Source: Chrysomallon squamiferum
Lineage: Eukaryota > Animalia > Mollusca
DNA: 64,000 nucleotides
Direction of reading: 5' to 3'
Assembly: GCA_012295275.1 (NCBI GenBank)
Contig: CM022676.1
Coordinates: forward strand, 1,674,001 to 1,738,000
A program made the translations under genes and the position numbers. This document shows positions 43,456 to 56,105 of the stretch, in pieces. Numbering within the stretch: position 1 is the first letter of the stretch; each line of letters begins with the position of its first letter. A model generated the notes under the pieces. It did no database searches, was not told where the DNA came from, and saw nothing but the letters and a program-made list of their open reading frames with translations.

Positions 43456-45861
43456 GGCAAAGGGAGAGGGATATAAAAAGTAAAAGTAACATATTTAATT
43501 ATGTACATATTTATTTAGAACTAAAATCTTTAATTCTATAAATGCTATATAAGCTGAATGTATCTTTACTAAACAAAATGTTCTAAGTTATTATTAAATT
43601 AATTAAACTAATCTTGTGTATTTGTTAAAATCTAAACTATAACCTTTTAAAAAAAAATACAATTGCTTTTTTAAAACCTATAAACGTCTGAATTTATTTT
43701 TATATTTTTATTTGTATTATTATTTTTGACATAAAACAATTTGATACTGCTGAAATCAAACAATGTGGATCCCGTCAACCATGATGTTTATCAGAATACT
43801 ATTTCTAGTGAACAAATAACAATTTAAAAAGGTTTGTCGTAATTCAATCTACTTGAATCATGCCAAAGCTGTTTGAGGTCAGGAAAGTGTACAACGTTTA
43901 TTGTCTAAAGTGCTGGATGAATTCACAAGATTAACTCTACAGCAGCCAAACTTGCCCCCTGCATTCCCTAAGGTGAAAAATATGGTAACACCTGATAGGA
44001 GGGATGCAGGAGTTATTCCCCTTCCTTTCATATTAAGAAAAGTAAAATATATTAAGCAAATAAGTGCAGACATTAAAATCATATACAATAATCTACTTAT
44101 TACTGTAGTAATGAAAGAAAGAAATTTTGAGGTTAACTTTATTAAATATCACTGAAAAGAATAAGTGAAATATATTCATTATTTTATTTATATTTTTGAA
44201 ATAAAATAGTAATGATTCCTACAAAATATGTCAAAAATAATTGATTAGATAACTAATATTTGAAAGTTTTGTTTTGTTGTACTTTGTTAAGAATGATAAT
44301 AATAAGAATTAATAATAACAAAATAAAAGAAATTTACACCTGATCAATGAGGTCTGTAGACTGAACTATCAATAGGAAATTAACAAGGGAACAGTTTTGT
44401 TCACTATCAATAGTTCAGCTAATTCAAGCAGGCAAGTAAACAAGTACAAAACTGAGGATAATAGATAACAACAACAGTAATAAGATTGATTTCTGATAGT
44501 ACCTAAAATACAACTTTAGGTCACTTTTAATAAAATGTGTTGCCACTGCAGTATTATATCAGTTTCAGAACTGACACACCCTTCATTAACAGCTTTAAAG
44601 AATGCTCTGTATGACTATATGTTTATGGTTTAAAATTGATTTAGTGTGAACAACACTACTATTTCACGCCAGACACTGAATCTTAACTGAACTGACAAAA
44701 TAAACACCTTTGTTTATTTTGGTATTTTTCATTGTATTTTTCTTTCACAGATAAAGTAAGATTTTGTTAACTCTTAAATTAATAATAATACAGACAAACT
44801 GAGAACAAGCAGAATTCAGTTAGAACTGACAGAGTGGGAATCTCACATGAAACAAATTAGAAATATTGAGGTATTAGTTCTGACTACCATTGCAACAGTC
44901 TCACCAGTGTTTTTCTATTGCAATAATAATTTGACCAGCAATTCTACCAGTACTATCAAAAGAGTTGGAAAGGCCCAAACAATATCATTTATAACCATCC
45001 ATCTCATTCTCTCTCACATTCATACACACACAGAGTCATCAATTAAATATGAAATGAAAAAGAAGAAAAAAATTATTTTGAACATATCTCAGTATATTTC
45101 ATTAATTAATGGTTTCAGTAAATGGCTTTTCTACTTGCCACAACTTTTGTTTAGAATTCCTATAAAAACAAAAAAATCATCAGCTACTTACAAAAATAAG
45201 AAAATATTATTACCAACTAACAATCTACTACATAATGTGTATGTATGTATGTATATATGTATATTACAAATATGACAATGTTCATAACTTGTACAGTTAA
45301 TATTTATGATAGATGTATAGCCAAAAATATTAATAGTCTATGTATTCTCAAGCATTTTTGATAAGAAATTATATCACTTTTAATTTCAATGACATAAGCT
45401 ATAGAACTTAACTTACAACTGCTTTACAATAATCAAATTTCCCAAAACATTCTTATTTTGTTGTAACATTTTTAAATGCTATATTAATATAATTTTTATC
45501 TGCAAACAGGAAATTTTATATTCTGTTCCAGTCACACATTGGCAGGAAGCTGGCATCATCTTAACCAGAAGGTCAGAATGGAATCTCTGTTATCTCACAA
45601 ATCAAACATATCTTTAGCCAAACAGAAAACAAAGTTCTTTAATCTGCTTGCCTTGTTGCATCCCAAGTCTTTTACCATTAATCAACCAATTAAAATGATA
45701 CCGGACATCTTTAAATAAACACCCAGTCTCAGTTATCTCCTCTCCACACCAAGAGACATTGAGGGGGAAAAAAATGTTTGGGTAACTCCTTCCAAGTGAA
45801 GTTGTTTCTCTAATGTAGCTTATTAGTGGAGTGAATAACATGGGAACACACCGCTTATCCG

Positions 45862-45875
45862 GTTGCTATGGTTAC
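45862..45875. promoter_or_regulatory. RFX X-box
   Basis: GTTGCTATGGTTAC matches the X-box consensus, with adjacent retained CpGs. Confidence 0.55.
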
Positions 45876-46764
45876 AGAGATATTTCTTAATTTGTCCCTG
45901 ATAATTTACTCTGGGAAGGAAAAGTGTATTAGTGATGACAAATAGAGTTTTTCTTTTTCTGTAGTAATATGATCAGTATTCTAAAAATTTTGACAGATTT
46001 TTTAAACACCTCAAACTTGTACATTTATTGTCTAAAATGTGCATTTCAGGAAAAATAACTTCATTATCTTAAAACACATTCTGTGTTGTTGGATAAGCTA
46101 CATGCATGATCATGGTAACCATGTTAACAAATTCAATGAAATAAAAAAACCTCAAAACAAATATCTAGTTTTGACTTTTTCTAAATTAATGCATGCAGGC
46201 AGCTAAACAAACTCTATTTTATTTTCTCTGTGTCATTTTTATTTCCAGCAGAAAGCTTTGTTGTATGCTGTTTTTTTCATTTCAAATTTTTTCTTCATTA
46301 TTTTTTTTTTTCCCCTGAAAATAATGATTTGTTGTTCTTGCTTTTTTTATTCCCATATTTTTTTCTTTTTCAATTTCTGAATTTTTAAAATTATTATTAT
46401 TGTTTACTTTTCTTTTCTTCAATTCTTTTTTTTTTTAAATTATTTTCTTTTGACATTATTTTGCAGATCAAGACTTTTCTATTTCATTCTTATACCTGTC
46501 TTTTGTTGTTTTATTGGTCTTTATTTTAATATGTTTATTATTTGTATTAATGTTTCTTCAAAAAATAAAAAATAATAATGTTTTTTCTTTTTATTTTCTA
46601 AGGTTGTTTTTTTTCTCATCTGTTCTATAAAATTATTGTTAGTTCCAGAACTCTTCATTCCAATACAAATTTCCAAGTTATCTGCATTATTATTGGTTTA
46701 TTTATTTATTTATTTATGTTTTGTTCTTTATTTTTTTATATTTTTGTTGAATTTTTGTTTTGTT

Positions 46765-46815
<51 letters not shown>

Positions 46816-48821
46816 TTCTTTTGTTTCATTTATTATTATTATTTTTTTTTTTTTATTTTATTTTTTTTTTTAAATTATCATTATTCTTCAAAAATAATAA
46901 ATCGGTCTCTGCTGGTTTCTGCATGCTTTTTTCTTCTTTGTTTTTGTTTATTATTAAATATATTGTTAATTCTCAACCTTTATCATTCCTGTTTCATCAT
47001 GTTAAGTTTTAGATATTTTTTATTATTAATATTATTATTTTTTTTTTGTCGTTTTGTATTATTATTTTCTTCTTTCCCATGTTTTACTTGGTAAATAATA
47101 ATTTGGTTGAAGATCTGAAATCATCTTTTTAGCATATTAAAATATAAAACTATAACAGATATACCAGGTAATTATATATACAGGCCTATATATATAGGAA
47201 CTTTATGGTATTTAAATATAAAATGTCAATCACTCACAAAATAATGTCTCTGCTTGAACCATCTCTTAACAGTATATTCAAAATCTGTTCTAATATATGA
47301 ACATCTCTTTGACACACTTAAAATAATAACATTATCTGTGGTCCATGCTTTTTCAAACCTATTTCTTTTTGTAAAATTTTATTTAATATGCAAACAAAAG
47401 AGTTGAAATCTTTATCTGAGTGCTAATATGACTGATACCAGAATACAATATTTATTCAACAAATGTCTCACAGATCCAAGCTTTTCTTTTAAATTTCCTA
47501 TTGAAAATTACATGTATTAATATGTATATGAAACCTATACAGATCTGCATTCTAACATACAAATCATCTCTTTATCAGGTTTATTTTAAGATAGAGTCAT
47601 AGACTGGGACAGTATATCTTATCTAGTTCACCTGAGAATGATAATCTCTTATCACTTTCATCATTTATATATATTTAAGCTGAGCCTTAAGTCCAAACCA
47701 CCATCAATAGAAGCTGCATCTATCTCAACAACTAGTTATACAAGGGGATAAATTTACCTAGCAAACACAAGGAACAAAACCCGTGATCTCTTTTCTTCTC
47801 AGAAATCTGTCGTTCATGTACTTGTGTGAACTATCTCATGAATAATCTCAATGAAACCTGAGCAAAGTATTTCAATGCAGACACCTGTCCCCTGCTTCAC
47901 GCCTGTCTAACATTACAGGACAGGCAGTCTGGGGCAGAGAAAAACAACACAAATGAAAGTGATAATGAACAGACATCAAAAGTGCTCAACACAGTAGCAC
48001 AACCAGCAAACACTGTAAAAGAGCTTTGATTAAAACAGTAATTTAGTTTTAAAACATATTGTGTATGTTATCAATCAATAAAACCTTTAATTTAGCACTT
48101 TAAAAACAAAATATTCTAATCATTAAACTAAAATCAATGAAATAGAACTAATAAACTGTCAACTTCTGCCAAAAAAAAGAGAAGAAAATATGTATCTAGT
48201 TTATGTTTCATCTAATTTGGAAAAAAATAACAAATAAAAGCCAGAATTACAAATATACAGGTATGTTTCACCTGATGTGAACAAAAGAATGGGACAGCAT
48301 TCCTTACAAATCAATCTCAAATATCAACATCCATGTCTACAGGGAACCAGGTGTCTGCCTAAACTCAGCCCTCTTTAATAACTAGCCAATCCATTTCAAC
48401 AGAGTCAACACCAACTGTAACACAAAAAGTGAGATATATAAAACCAATGATAAAAAGCTGTTAGAGATTGCTGTTGATAACAAAGTGACACCAGCACAAA
48501 TCATGAAGAAAAAATCTCTAACAAAATTTCAAATAATCATAGGAGTGCAAATTCAGTGACACAAAGAATTCTTTTTTCATTTTTTGTTTAATATAAAATA
48601 AATTTCAGTTTATACTATAACATTTTTAATTCATTTATAAAATATTATTATTGATGTATTTTCAATCATTTTCTTTCTGTGTTGTAATCTTGAAATTAAG
48701 TTTAATATTTTCTATATAGATTATTATTATTAACTTAACCATAAAGAGTTCTGTCGTGTTGCAGTTTTTCATCAGTTCAATACAATGCAACTTCTATTAT
48801 GATTTATAGCATTGCACCTTG

Positions 48822-48872
48822 CCCCAGCTGTACATTACTGATTTAGACCATGGTATGTGCTCTCCTGTCTAT
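48822..48872 (+). mobile_element. SINE relic
   Basis: CCATGGTATGTGCTCTCCTGTCT matches the segment immediately 5' of the same SINE core (recalled consensus). Confidence 0.4.
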
Positions 48873-51800
48873 AGTAACAAGAACAGTTGCAACCAGGTAT
48901 TTCACATCCAGTGTTAATGGAAAGTGACTAACAGTAACAACATTCATATTCAACAATTCATTGTGACAAGCATTTTAATTTTATTCAACTGACTTATTAG
49001 AAATATTATCAAAACAAATATAAACCAAGTGAAATATGAGAAAAAAAAGCTATGAATAAATCTCAGGATACAAACATCTTTTCATTTTAATAACAGAAAG
49101 AAAATAATAAAAAATAATAATAACAGCGTCAGTCTGAATCAAAGTGTAATTCAGATTCAGTACAATTTGTAAAATCACATATTGAATAGAATGATTCATG
49201 CAAAAGCATTAAACAAAGATTAAATAAATAATTAAATTAATAAGAATAATAAAAATAAAAATAAAAATAAAACATAAAACATAAAATTAAGCAACTTTGT
49301 TTAAAAACATAAAAAAAAATAATCAATAATAACTTGTTTATAACTCTGCTTTCCTCTGCATATAAAACATGATCTACTATTAACAATTAGAAATATGTTG
49401 TGTAATTATAAAAAATATTTATTCCTATTAATTTCATAAGTATTCCATTATTAACATGCAAAAATGTTTGTCTGTTTCAAGGCTGAACTCATCAGATGTT
49501 ATAAACAGAGTCTATTTTAAATACACATTTTGAAGATAATGTGATTATACTACACCTATGGTGAAAAGGACAATGCCACTGTACTTTTGGTAAGGCATTT
49601 TTAGGTCAGCTTTTCACAGACAGTAACATATAACATCTTCACTGATTGTAAATTGTCCTAAATCAGCATGTTGAAGTTCTGACCCTATAACAAACCATGT
49701 CTCAAATTATAAATTCAACTGATTTTTTTTTTCTTTGAACAGCACAAAGTAAAACCAAATTCTTAATCCTTGTCTTTTCATTTCTGTAAGAAAAAATTCT
49801 GAAAGCACTGAATTCTGTCACCAATAGTTTGTTTCTCATACTGAAAGCATATCCTCTGTAAATTACATATTCACCATATTTACAATGATATAAATTCTGA
49901 TATACACATTTTTCTTCTTTTGCTTCCTTTTTATCTTTGTATACATGTTAATAAATATTAATAATAGCATTTTCAACAACATAGTATGTATATAATATTA
50001 CCATTATTATCATAAATAAATATTCATAAAAACACATTGACTTTTCTAAAAATGAAAAGAAGAATTTATGAGAGCAAACAGCTAAACAAAGAATAATAAA
50101 TAAAAATTTCTAAAGCAGATTAACAAAAATAACAACATGGTGCACACACATACATATATAACAATCACAGCATTATCATACACTTGTAATTAAATATTCT
50201 GAAATTTAACTGCTTTATAAAATCTACAATATGACTGCTTGAAAAAAATTATTTTGACACCAAAACCTGCTTTAACCAGTTTGTATCTTTTATTGGAAAC
50301 TGCCAGATTTTGCAAAAGACACAAACTAAATCAATAGTAACATATAGACATTACCTTACTGATGTTATAGCTTGTTTGTTTTTTTGTTGATTTTATTTAT
50401 TTATTTATTATTGGTTTGTTTTTCTGTTGTAATTCAATGTGTTTACAGCAATTTTGTTTTTGTATAATTTATTTGTTAATATATTAACTTTTTGCTTTAT
50501 AATTATATTCCCTAAATTAATTCCTAGTTTTATATTCCTAAAGCATATCAATAATATATAGTTATATTCCCAGAATTATATTTCTGTTTAATATTATGTC
50601 ACTTTATATAACTCAGTCTAATGTCAGTCTTGGCAATTATTTTTTTTTATTTCGATTTTTTTTCTTGAATTTTTTCTTAATTTAATATTAACTACTTTAT
50701 GTTAGTGTATTACCTAATTACATCCTAGTACAGTTGCATCATGCAGTACCTAAATACATACATATATAAAAAATAACCAAAAAAAAACAACCTACATTAT
50801 GCCAGTTTAGATAACTATAATTCCTGAACTTTAGGCATTGTTTAGTTTATTTATAAAACAACATTTTAACTCCATTACTGTCAGTGGGAGGTACAAATAA
50901 ATAATGTAATGCTAATGTTAATAATAATAATTTAAAAATAATTTGAAAAATTCCAAAAATATGTATCAATATAGTAAATAGTGGACCCTCTCCCTTTTAA
51001 AGAGTTGTTCAGAAAACACCTGTACTGAAATATTATATTCAGTTATGAAAATGTTACAAAATCATATTCTTATATTGATAGATTTAAGTTTAGTTAGAAA
51101 TAATTAAAGAAATAAGTAAAAACACTATATAAGCTTTTCTTTTAGTCTATGTATTTAATGATTGTATCTAATAAGCAATAAACAAATGCATTATAAACAT
51201 TAATGTACAATACAGTTTTTTTTTTTTTTTTTTTTTTTATAGTGTAAATATAAAAATCTGCTGTGGAACTAGATAATTTACATTACTATATAAAAAAATT
51301 CAACAGTTCTGACTAATGTACTGATTATATTCAACTAAAGATTATGCATTAATTACAAAAAGGAAATGCATTAATTTTTATTAATTTGTTCTGCGAATAT
51401 CTTGTATTTTCACATTATGACATTATGAAAAAATAATTCAAAACAATGTGAATTACAGCAACAAAATAATGAGTTCTACTATTTTAATAAAGGTATCATT
51501 ATTTTTTCACTTTTTTTACAATATTATGCAAAAAAGTTATATTCTAATTTCTATAGTATTAGTATAAATCTTTTTCTAGTAGAAATAACTGACAAAAGCA
51601 CAGACATAATATTATTTGTTATTTGTTACTGTAAGAAAACTAACATGCAGGTGAAAATATATTAATTTTTTATATTTTTATATTACTCAAACCAGAGATA
51701 AAATAAATAAGCTGACTTAAATATATTCTGTTTTAAGAGAATAACAGATCATCTATAATGTTAGCACAAATCCTTTTGTAAAATACTAGTACGTTCCTTC

Positions 51801-52439
51801 TCTAGGATATCAGTATAACTTCAATTTCAGGATATTATTATTATAGTGTTTATAATACAATAAAAGTATATAAATAGTTTTCAGTGGAACATTTGACACA
51901 TTTGTTAATTAATATCCCTTCATATTTAAATAACTTACTCCATTATACTCATGTATTATAACATCCTCCCACTAAATAATTAAAGCTATTTATGACATAT
52001 GTAATGTTTTTCTTCTCATTTCACAACATTAACTAATAACTGTGGCAAGAATTGGTTCAACCATTATCATTCCTAAAATACAGCCATGTGTTAAGTTGCT
52101 CAAAGAAATCAGTTTGCTATAAAAACACATTTAGTCAAAGTTCAGTAAGGTTCAGTTTCATCTCTTTCAGTTTGACCCATTTTACAATGAAAAGAAAAAA
52201 TATAGAAATAGAAATATTTTTCTCTGCAAGCATTTTACAAAATAATTTAAAAGAATGTTATTTCAGGACAACTATACATACAGTAACAGTTAGCCTAAAA
52301 CTTTATACACATGTAATGGATAGCCCAACTATGAGTTAAAAGTAACAATAAGTTGAATAACAATGATTTCATTTGAAAATAAATGTAGCAAACAAGCAAA
52401 ACAACTGTATGTACACATCTGAAAAATAAAAGTAACACT

Positions 52440-53250
52440 TTCACCATCTCACAAATGATAAAAACACTCGCAGATTCTTTTCAGGTTAGCCCTATAAATT
52501 CCATAGTATCGGGTTTACAAAACGAGTTTTCGCCATTGTTCAAGTTTCAACCAACTTGAAAATAAATCATCAAGAAAATAAAAATAACTATACTACTACT
52601 AGATTATATATAAGAATAGCTATTTTCATATTATCATTTTATATATATTTAATCAAATTCATTTAATAAGCATGAACAAGAGAATCGTTTATTCATATTA
52701 TGATATGACAGCTACTGAGCTAGTTTTAGCGCTTATCAAACTAGGTTACGCCACACTGATTGTTATGGTTGTGTGCGTTTAGTGCAATTACATGTTGCGC
52801 GTCCTCTGTTATATTTACTTTTAATAAAAAGCGCATAATCGGGGCTAAAAATACAAAACATTCTTCATTCATAGAAATACAAACAGAAGTAATTTCCGCC
52901 ATGTTTGTTTCTTATTTACGTCCCTTCGCTTCCGAATTCTTCTCAGTTATCCGCATGAAGCATGATCGTGAAAGTTATGCGGCAAGCAGAAACAAAAACC
53001 GTAAGAGAAAATTGTACCAACCTGACGTAACCCGTGGTTTACAAATTCGAATAAAGCCTAAGTTGATGGAATTCTGTTTGAAATGATCAGAAAAGTATCC
53101 CTTTTAGTTTGCACCAAGTATTTGTCCAATTTATGAAACTGTGAAAGGCTATACTGCACGCCGAAGGGTCAGGGTTCATACATATGCAAATAAGCGTGTG
53201 TTCTTTGACCTTCCGATTTAGGGTAATCCCCAAGTGTCGTCGAGCGTAAA
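52440..53250 (-). promoter_or_regulatory. Probable promoter and first-exon region of a large minus-strand gene
   Basis: CpG density rises abruptly at ~52460 after ~52 kb of depletion. Minus-strand YY1-like AAACATGGCGGAAA (52893-52906) and AACAATGGCG (52531-52540). TGACGTAA at 53023, octamer ATGCAAAT at 53184, GGGTAATCCCC at 53221. Candidate donor ATG|GTGAAA at 52445/52444. Confidence 0.55.
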
Positions 53251-54443
53251 GCTAGTATCATGTTCGATATATCAACAATAAAAACCATGCATAAAACTGA
53301 TCAGTTTCCTCACATTGGCGGATTTTCAGTTTATTTAGGAACTGTTCAGTTTACCAAAAAGCTAAAGATGGATTTTGTAAACAAAAGATTATTTGGTCTC
53401 TCGGTTCATTTTATTTTTTATTCCTTGTAATATTTAATGCATATTGGAAAACCGAAGCGGATGTGAATTTACTGTAACCATACAGTCCAAATCGAATTGA
53501 CAATTAAGGTTCATGGAATTAATAAAATTATCACCAGGGTGATTCACAGTCCCTGTATTTTCGGTATAGTTTATTAAAAATTATAATAAATAATGATGTT
53601 GATGAATAATTCAGATTTTTTTCTTTAAGAAGTATACGATAATAATAATAATAATAATAATAACAATAAAAGTTAAAATAAGTACACTGATTCAGTTGTT
53701 GCTAATGTAACTAAAGTAGTATTTTTAATGAGAACTAAATAGCATGGTTTAAAAAATATACATGTATATATTTCATTTAATTGTTTGCAGTAAACATTAA
53801 ACATAATTTGTTTAAAGTAAATAGTATAAACAAATATTATATAAGAACTATTTTATTAATATAATCTTGCTCGTGAGTTGTCCTGCTCTGAGTATGAATC
53901 TATTTTGTATTTCCGTATAAAATAATTATAATCTAGCTCAAACGACAGGTATTTGCCACATATGCTGTCAGCCACACTAGTTAATAAAATAAGTGGACAA
54001 TCTTGAATATTTCTAATGTCAAAAGTAAATGATCCTCGTGACTGCTTATCGTTTTCAAGTGATGGCTAACTGGATATGCGGATAAATTGTGGAAAATAAC
54101 ATATTTTAATTTGAATCGTCCATTTGTGTGTTATAATTATATATTTTCTGCACCGTAAATATTTATTAATTTATTTATAAATAATCAATTTATTGCATAC
54201 TTTCTCCAGAAACCGCTATCGGCTTACACTAGAAACGAAAGGGATAAACAAAAAGAAACCGTACTCTCTCTCTCTTAAATTTTTTAAAGATCATGTAGTT
54301 GTTTATTATTTATTGTGAACAATATTAAATGAAATAAACAATATTTCAAAAACTTTTCTGTTTTGTTTTTACTTGATTACTTTTGTAAAATTTTAAAAAC
54401 ATTTCAATCGATAAAAATATTTTTTGTTCTGTTTAATCTAAAT

Positions 54444-54459
54444 CAGGCATGGGCAACCT
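54444..54459 (+). mobile_element. Solitary hAT (Charlie-like) terminus
   Basis: CAGGCATGGGCAACCT preceded by ATCTAAAT, similar to hAT TIRs and their nTCTAGAn target preference. No partner end was seen. Confidence 0.35.
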
Positions 54460-55199
54460 AGGCGGGACATACCATCCAAACTATAATTATATAAATAAAT
54501 AAATAAAGTATTTTCAGTTGAAGGTACCTAATCCATTTTCACTACAGTAGTGTAAATGAAATAATGATTATTTAAAAACCTTTTGTTTTTGTAAACAGTT
54601 GACAGGTAATTGAAATTAAAATTGATTTAAAACTGAGTATTCGTTTCAATACGAATTCTATTAACTGCACTTACATGAGCATCTTTATTTATTATTCCTC
54701 ACCTTTAATAATTAAACTTGACATTTTATTACTTAATAAACTTTACCTTAAATGCTCCACCAGTGCGTTATGATACCTCCAACTATGATAAGTCAAACTT
54801 GAAAATGAGCTATTCTTAGGTTCTTACCCAAGGGATTCGTTCCCAAGAATAGCTGATTTACAACTCAAAATATCAGTATTCAATTTTATGATAAATTATT
54901 TTATTATCTCTTCTTAATATCAAGTATTTAAACAAACGTAATTTGCTTTGCCGGTGTTTGTAAAGAACAAAATAATCATTGAGAAGGAAATGCAAGAAAG
55001 GTAGAAAATACAACAAACAATAAAGAACAAACCATTCGATAAAGTTAATGGTAATTTCCCTCGAAGTAATTTTGTTCATAATTGTGAAAAGATAATAGCA
55101 ATTTCAAAATTTACTGTTTGATATATTTATTTACAAATTGTAAAGTACATATCTGAAATATGATAATTTGCATAATTCTATATCAAACAGATCTCTTTA

Positions 55200-55290
55200 A
55201 TTTTTGATGTTTCTTGCGCAACAGACGTCAACCATAATTGTTATCTCGATAAGTTTGTTCTTCTCGCTTTCAGTTTTATAAAATGGCAGC
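55200..55290 (+). promoter_or_regulatory. Probable core promoter of the zinc-finger gene
   Basis: CpG-retaining region with CRE-like GACGTCA (~55224), DRE-like TCTCGATA (~55243), Inr-like TCAGTT and a YY1-like motif next to the candidate first exon. Confidence 0.5.
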
Positions 55291-55319
55291 AGAATTTGTT
55301 TTTTCATCAATTGCTTTTG
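55270..55319 (+). other. Probable first (5'UTR) exon of the zinc-finger gene; intron 55320-56020
   Basis: Inr-like TCAGTT at 55270 and YY1-like AAAATGGC at 55280. Donor TTG|GTATGT at 55320 and acceptor TTTTTATTTCAG| ending at 56020, 85 nt before the ATG. Confidence 0.6.
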
Positions 55320-56105
55320 GTATGTTTTTTAATTGCTATTTTATTAATTTAGTATAATAGTAAAAGTTATAGAAATTCAGGGTCATGGAAATATCGGTGA
55401 ATTTTGGAATATTGAAACAAGTCGGAAAAGATCAAATGAGGTGGTAAAAGTGATTAAATTAGGTATCCACTTTAATAGTAAACGTGGAAGGGGGCATTTA
55501 TTACCTAAACATTAAAAAAAAGAAGAAGAAAAAACCTTTAAATATGTTAAAGTGTTCAACAACGATAAGAAAATCGGTTAAAAGTCAAGGAACTTTGAAA
55601 TATTAAAGAACGACACTCCTCTGTAAACTGTATATTTAAATTTAGATAAATTATTTCATTCAATTTGGTCTGATATAATTTGGAAGTTAAATGATTTTGA
55701 AATTATGAAATTATCCTTAATGTATTAGCCATTAAAATAAAAACATAGAGCACTGTCAAGATTTTGTGTAATGTAATCAACACATATAATTATTGCAGCA
55801 GTATATCAATATTTTATTCAGTTTATTTACGTTGACATTACTGTTTTGTAGTGAAAACAAATAATTATGAACTGAGACAGCTAGTTAGTATTGTTGTTTA
55901 CAACCCCAAAATATTAGTGATAATTTGTTTTTAATTTATGACTGTTAATTATATAAATATTGTCAAAAAACATTATCATTCAATGCAAGGTTTTATAAAT
56001 GTAAAATATTTTTATTTCAGATATTTTCAAATTTAGCAGTATGGGGATTTTATCATTAACAGAAACTTCCTGATTTGTACAAATAGAGATTTTTGCTTAA
56101 TAAAT

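Noticed and set aside
43880-43972. Protein-like plus-strand segment ESVQRLLSKVLDEFTRLTLQQPNLPPAFPK (similarly 11329-11438)
   Set aside because: Weak splice signals, no partner exons and no recognised family.
46636-47094. Hydrophobic Phe/Leu/Ile-rich ORFs (also 502-726, 31992-32186, 61698-62328)
   Set aside because: Products of T-rich or microsatellite low-complexity sequence, not membrane proteins.
53184-53400. Octamer motif suggesting an snRNA gene
   Set aside because: No recognisable snRNA sequence, Sm site or PSE nearby; treated as part of the Pol II promoter region.
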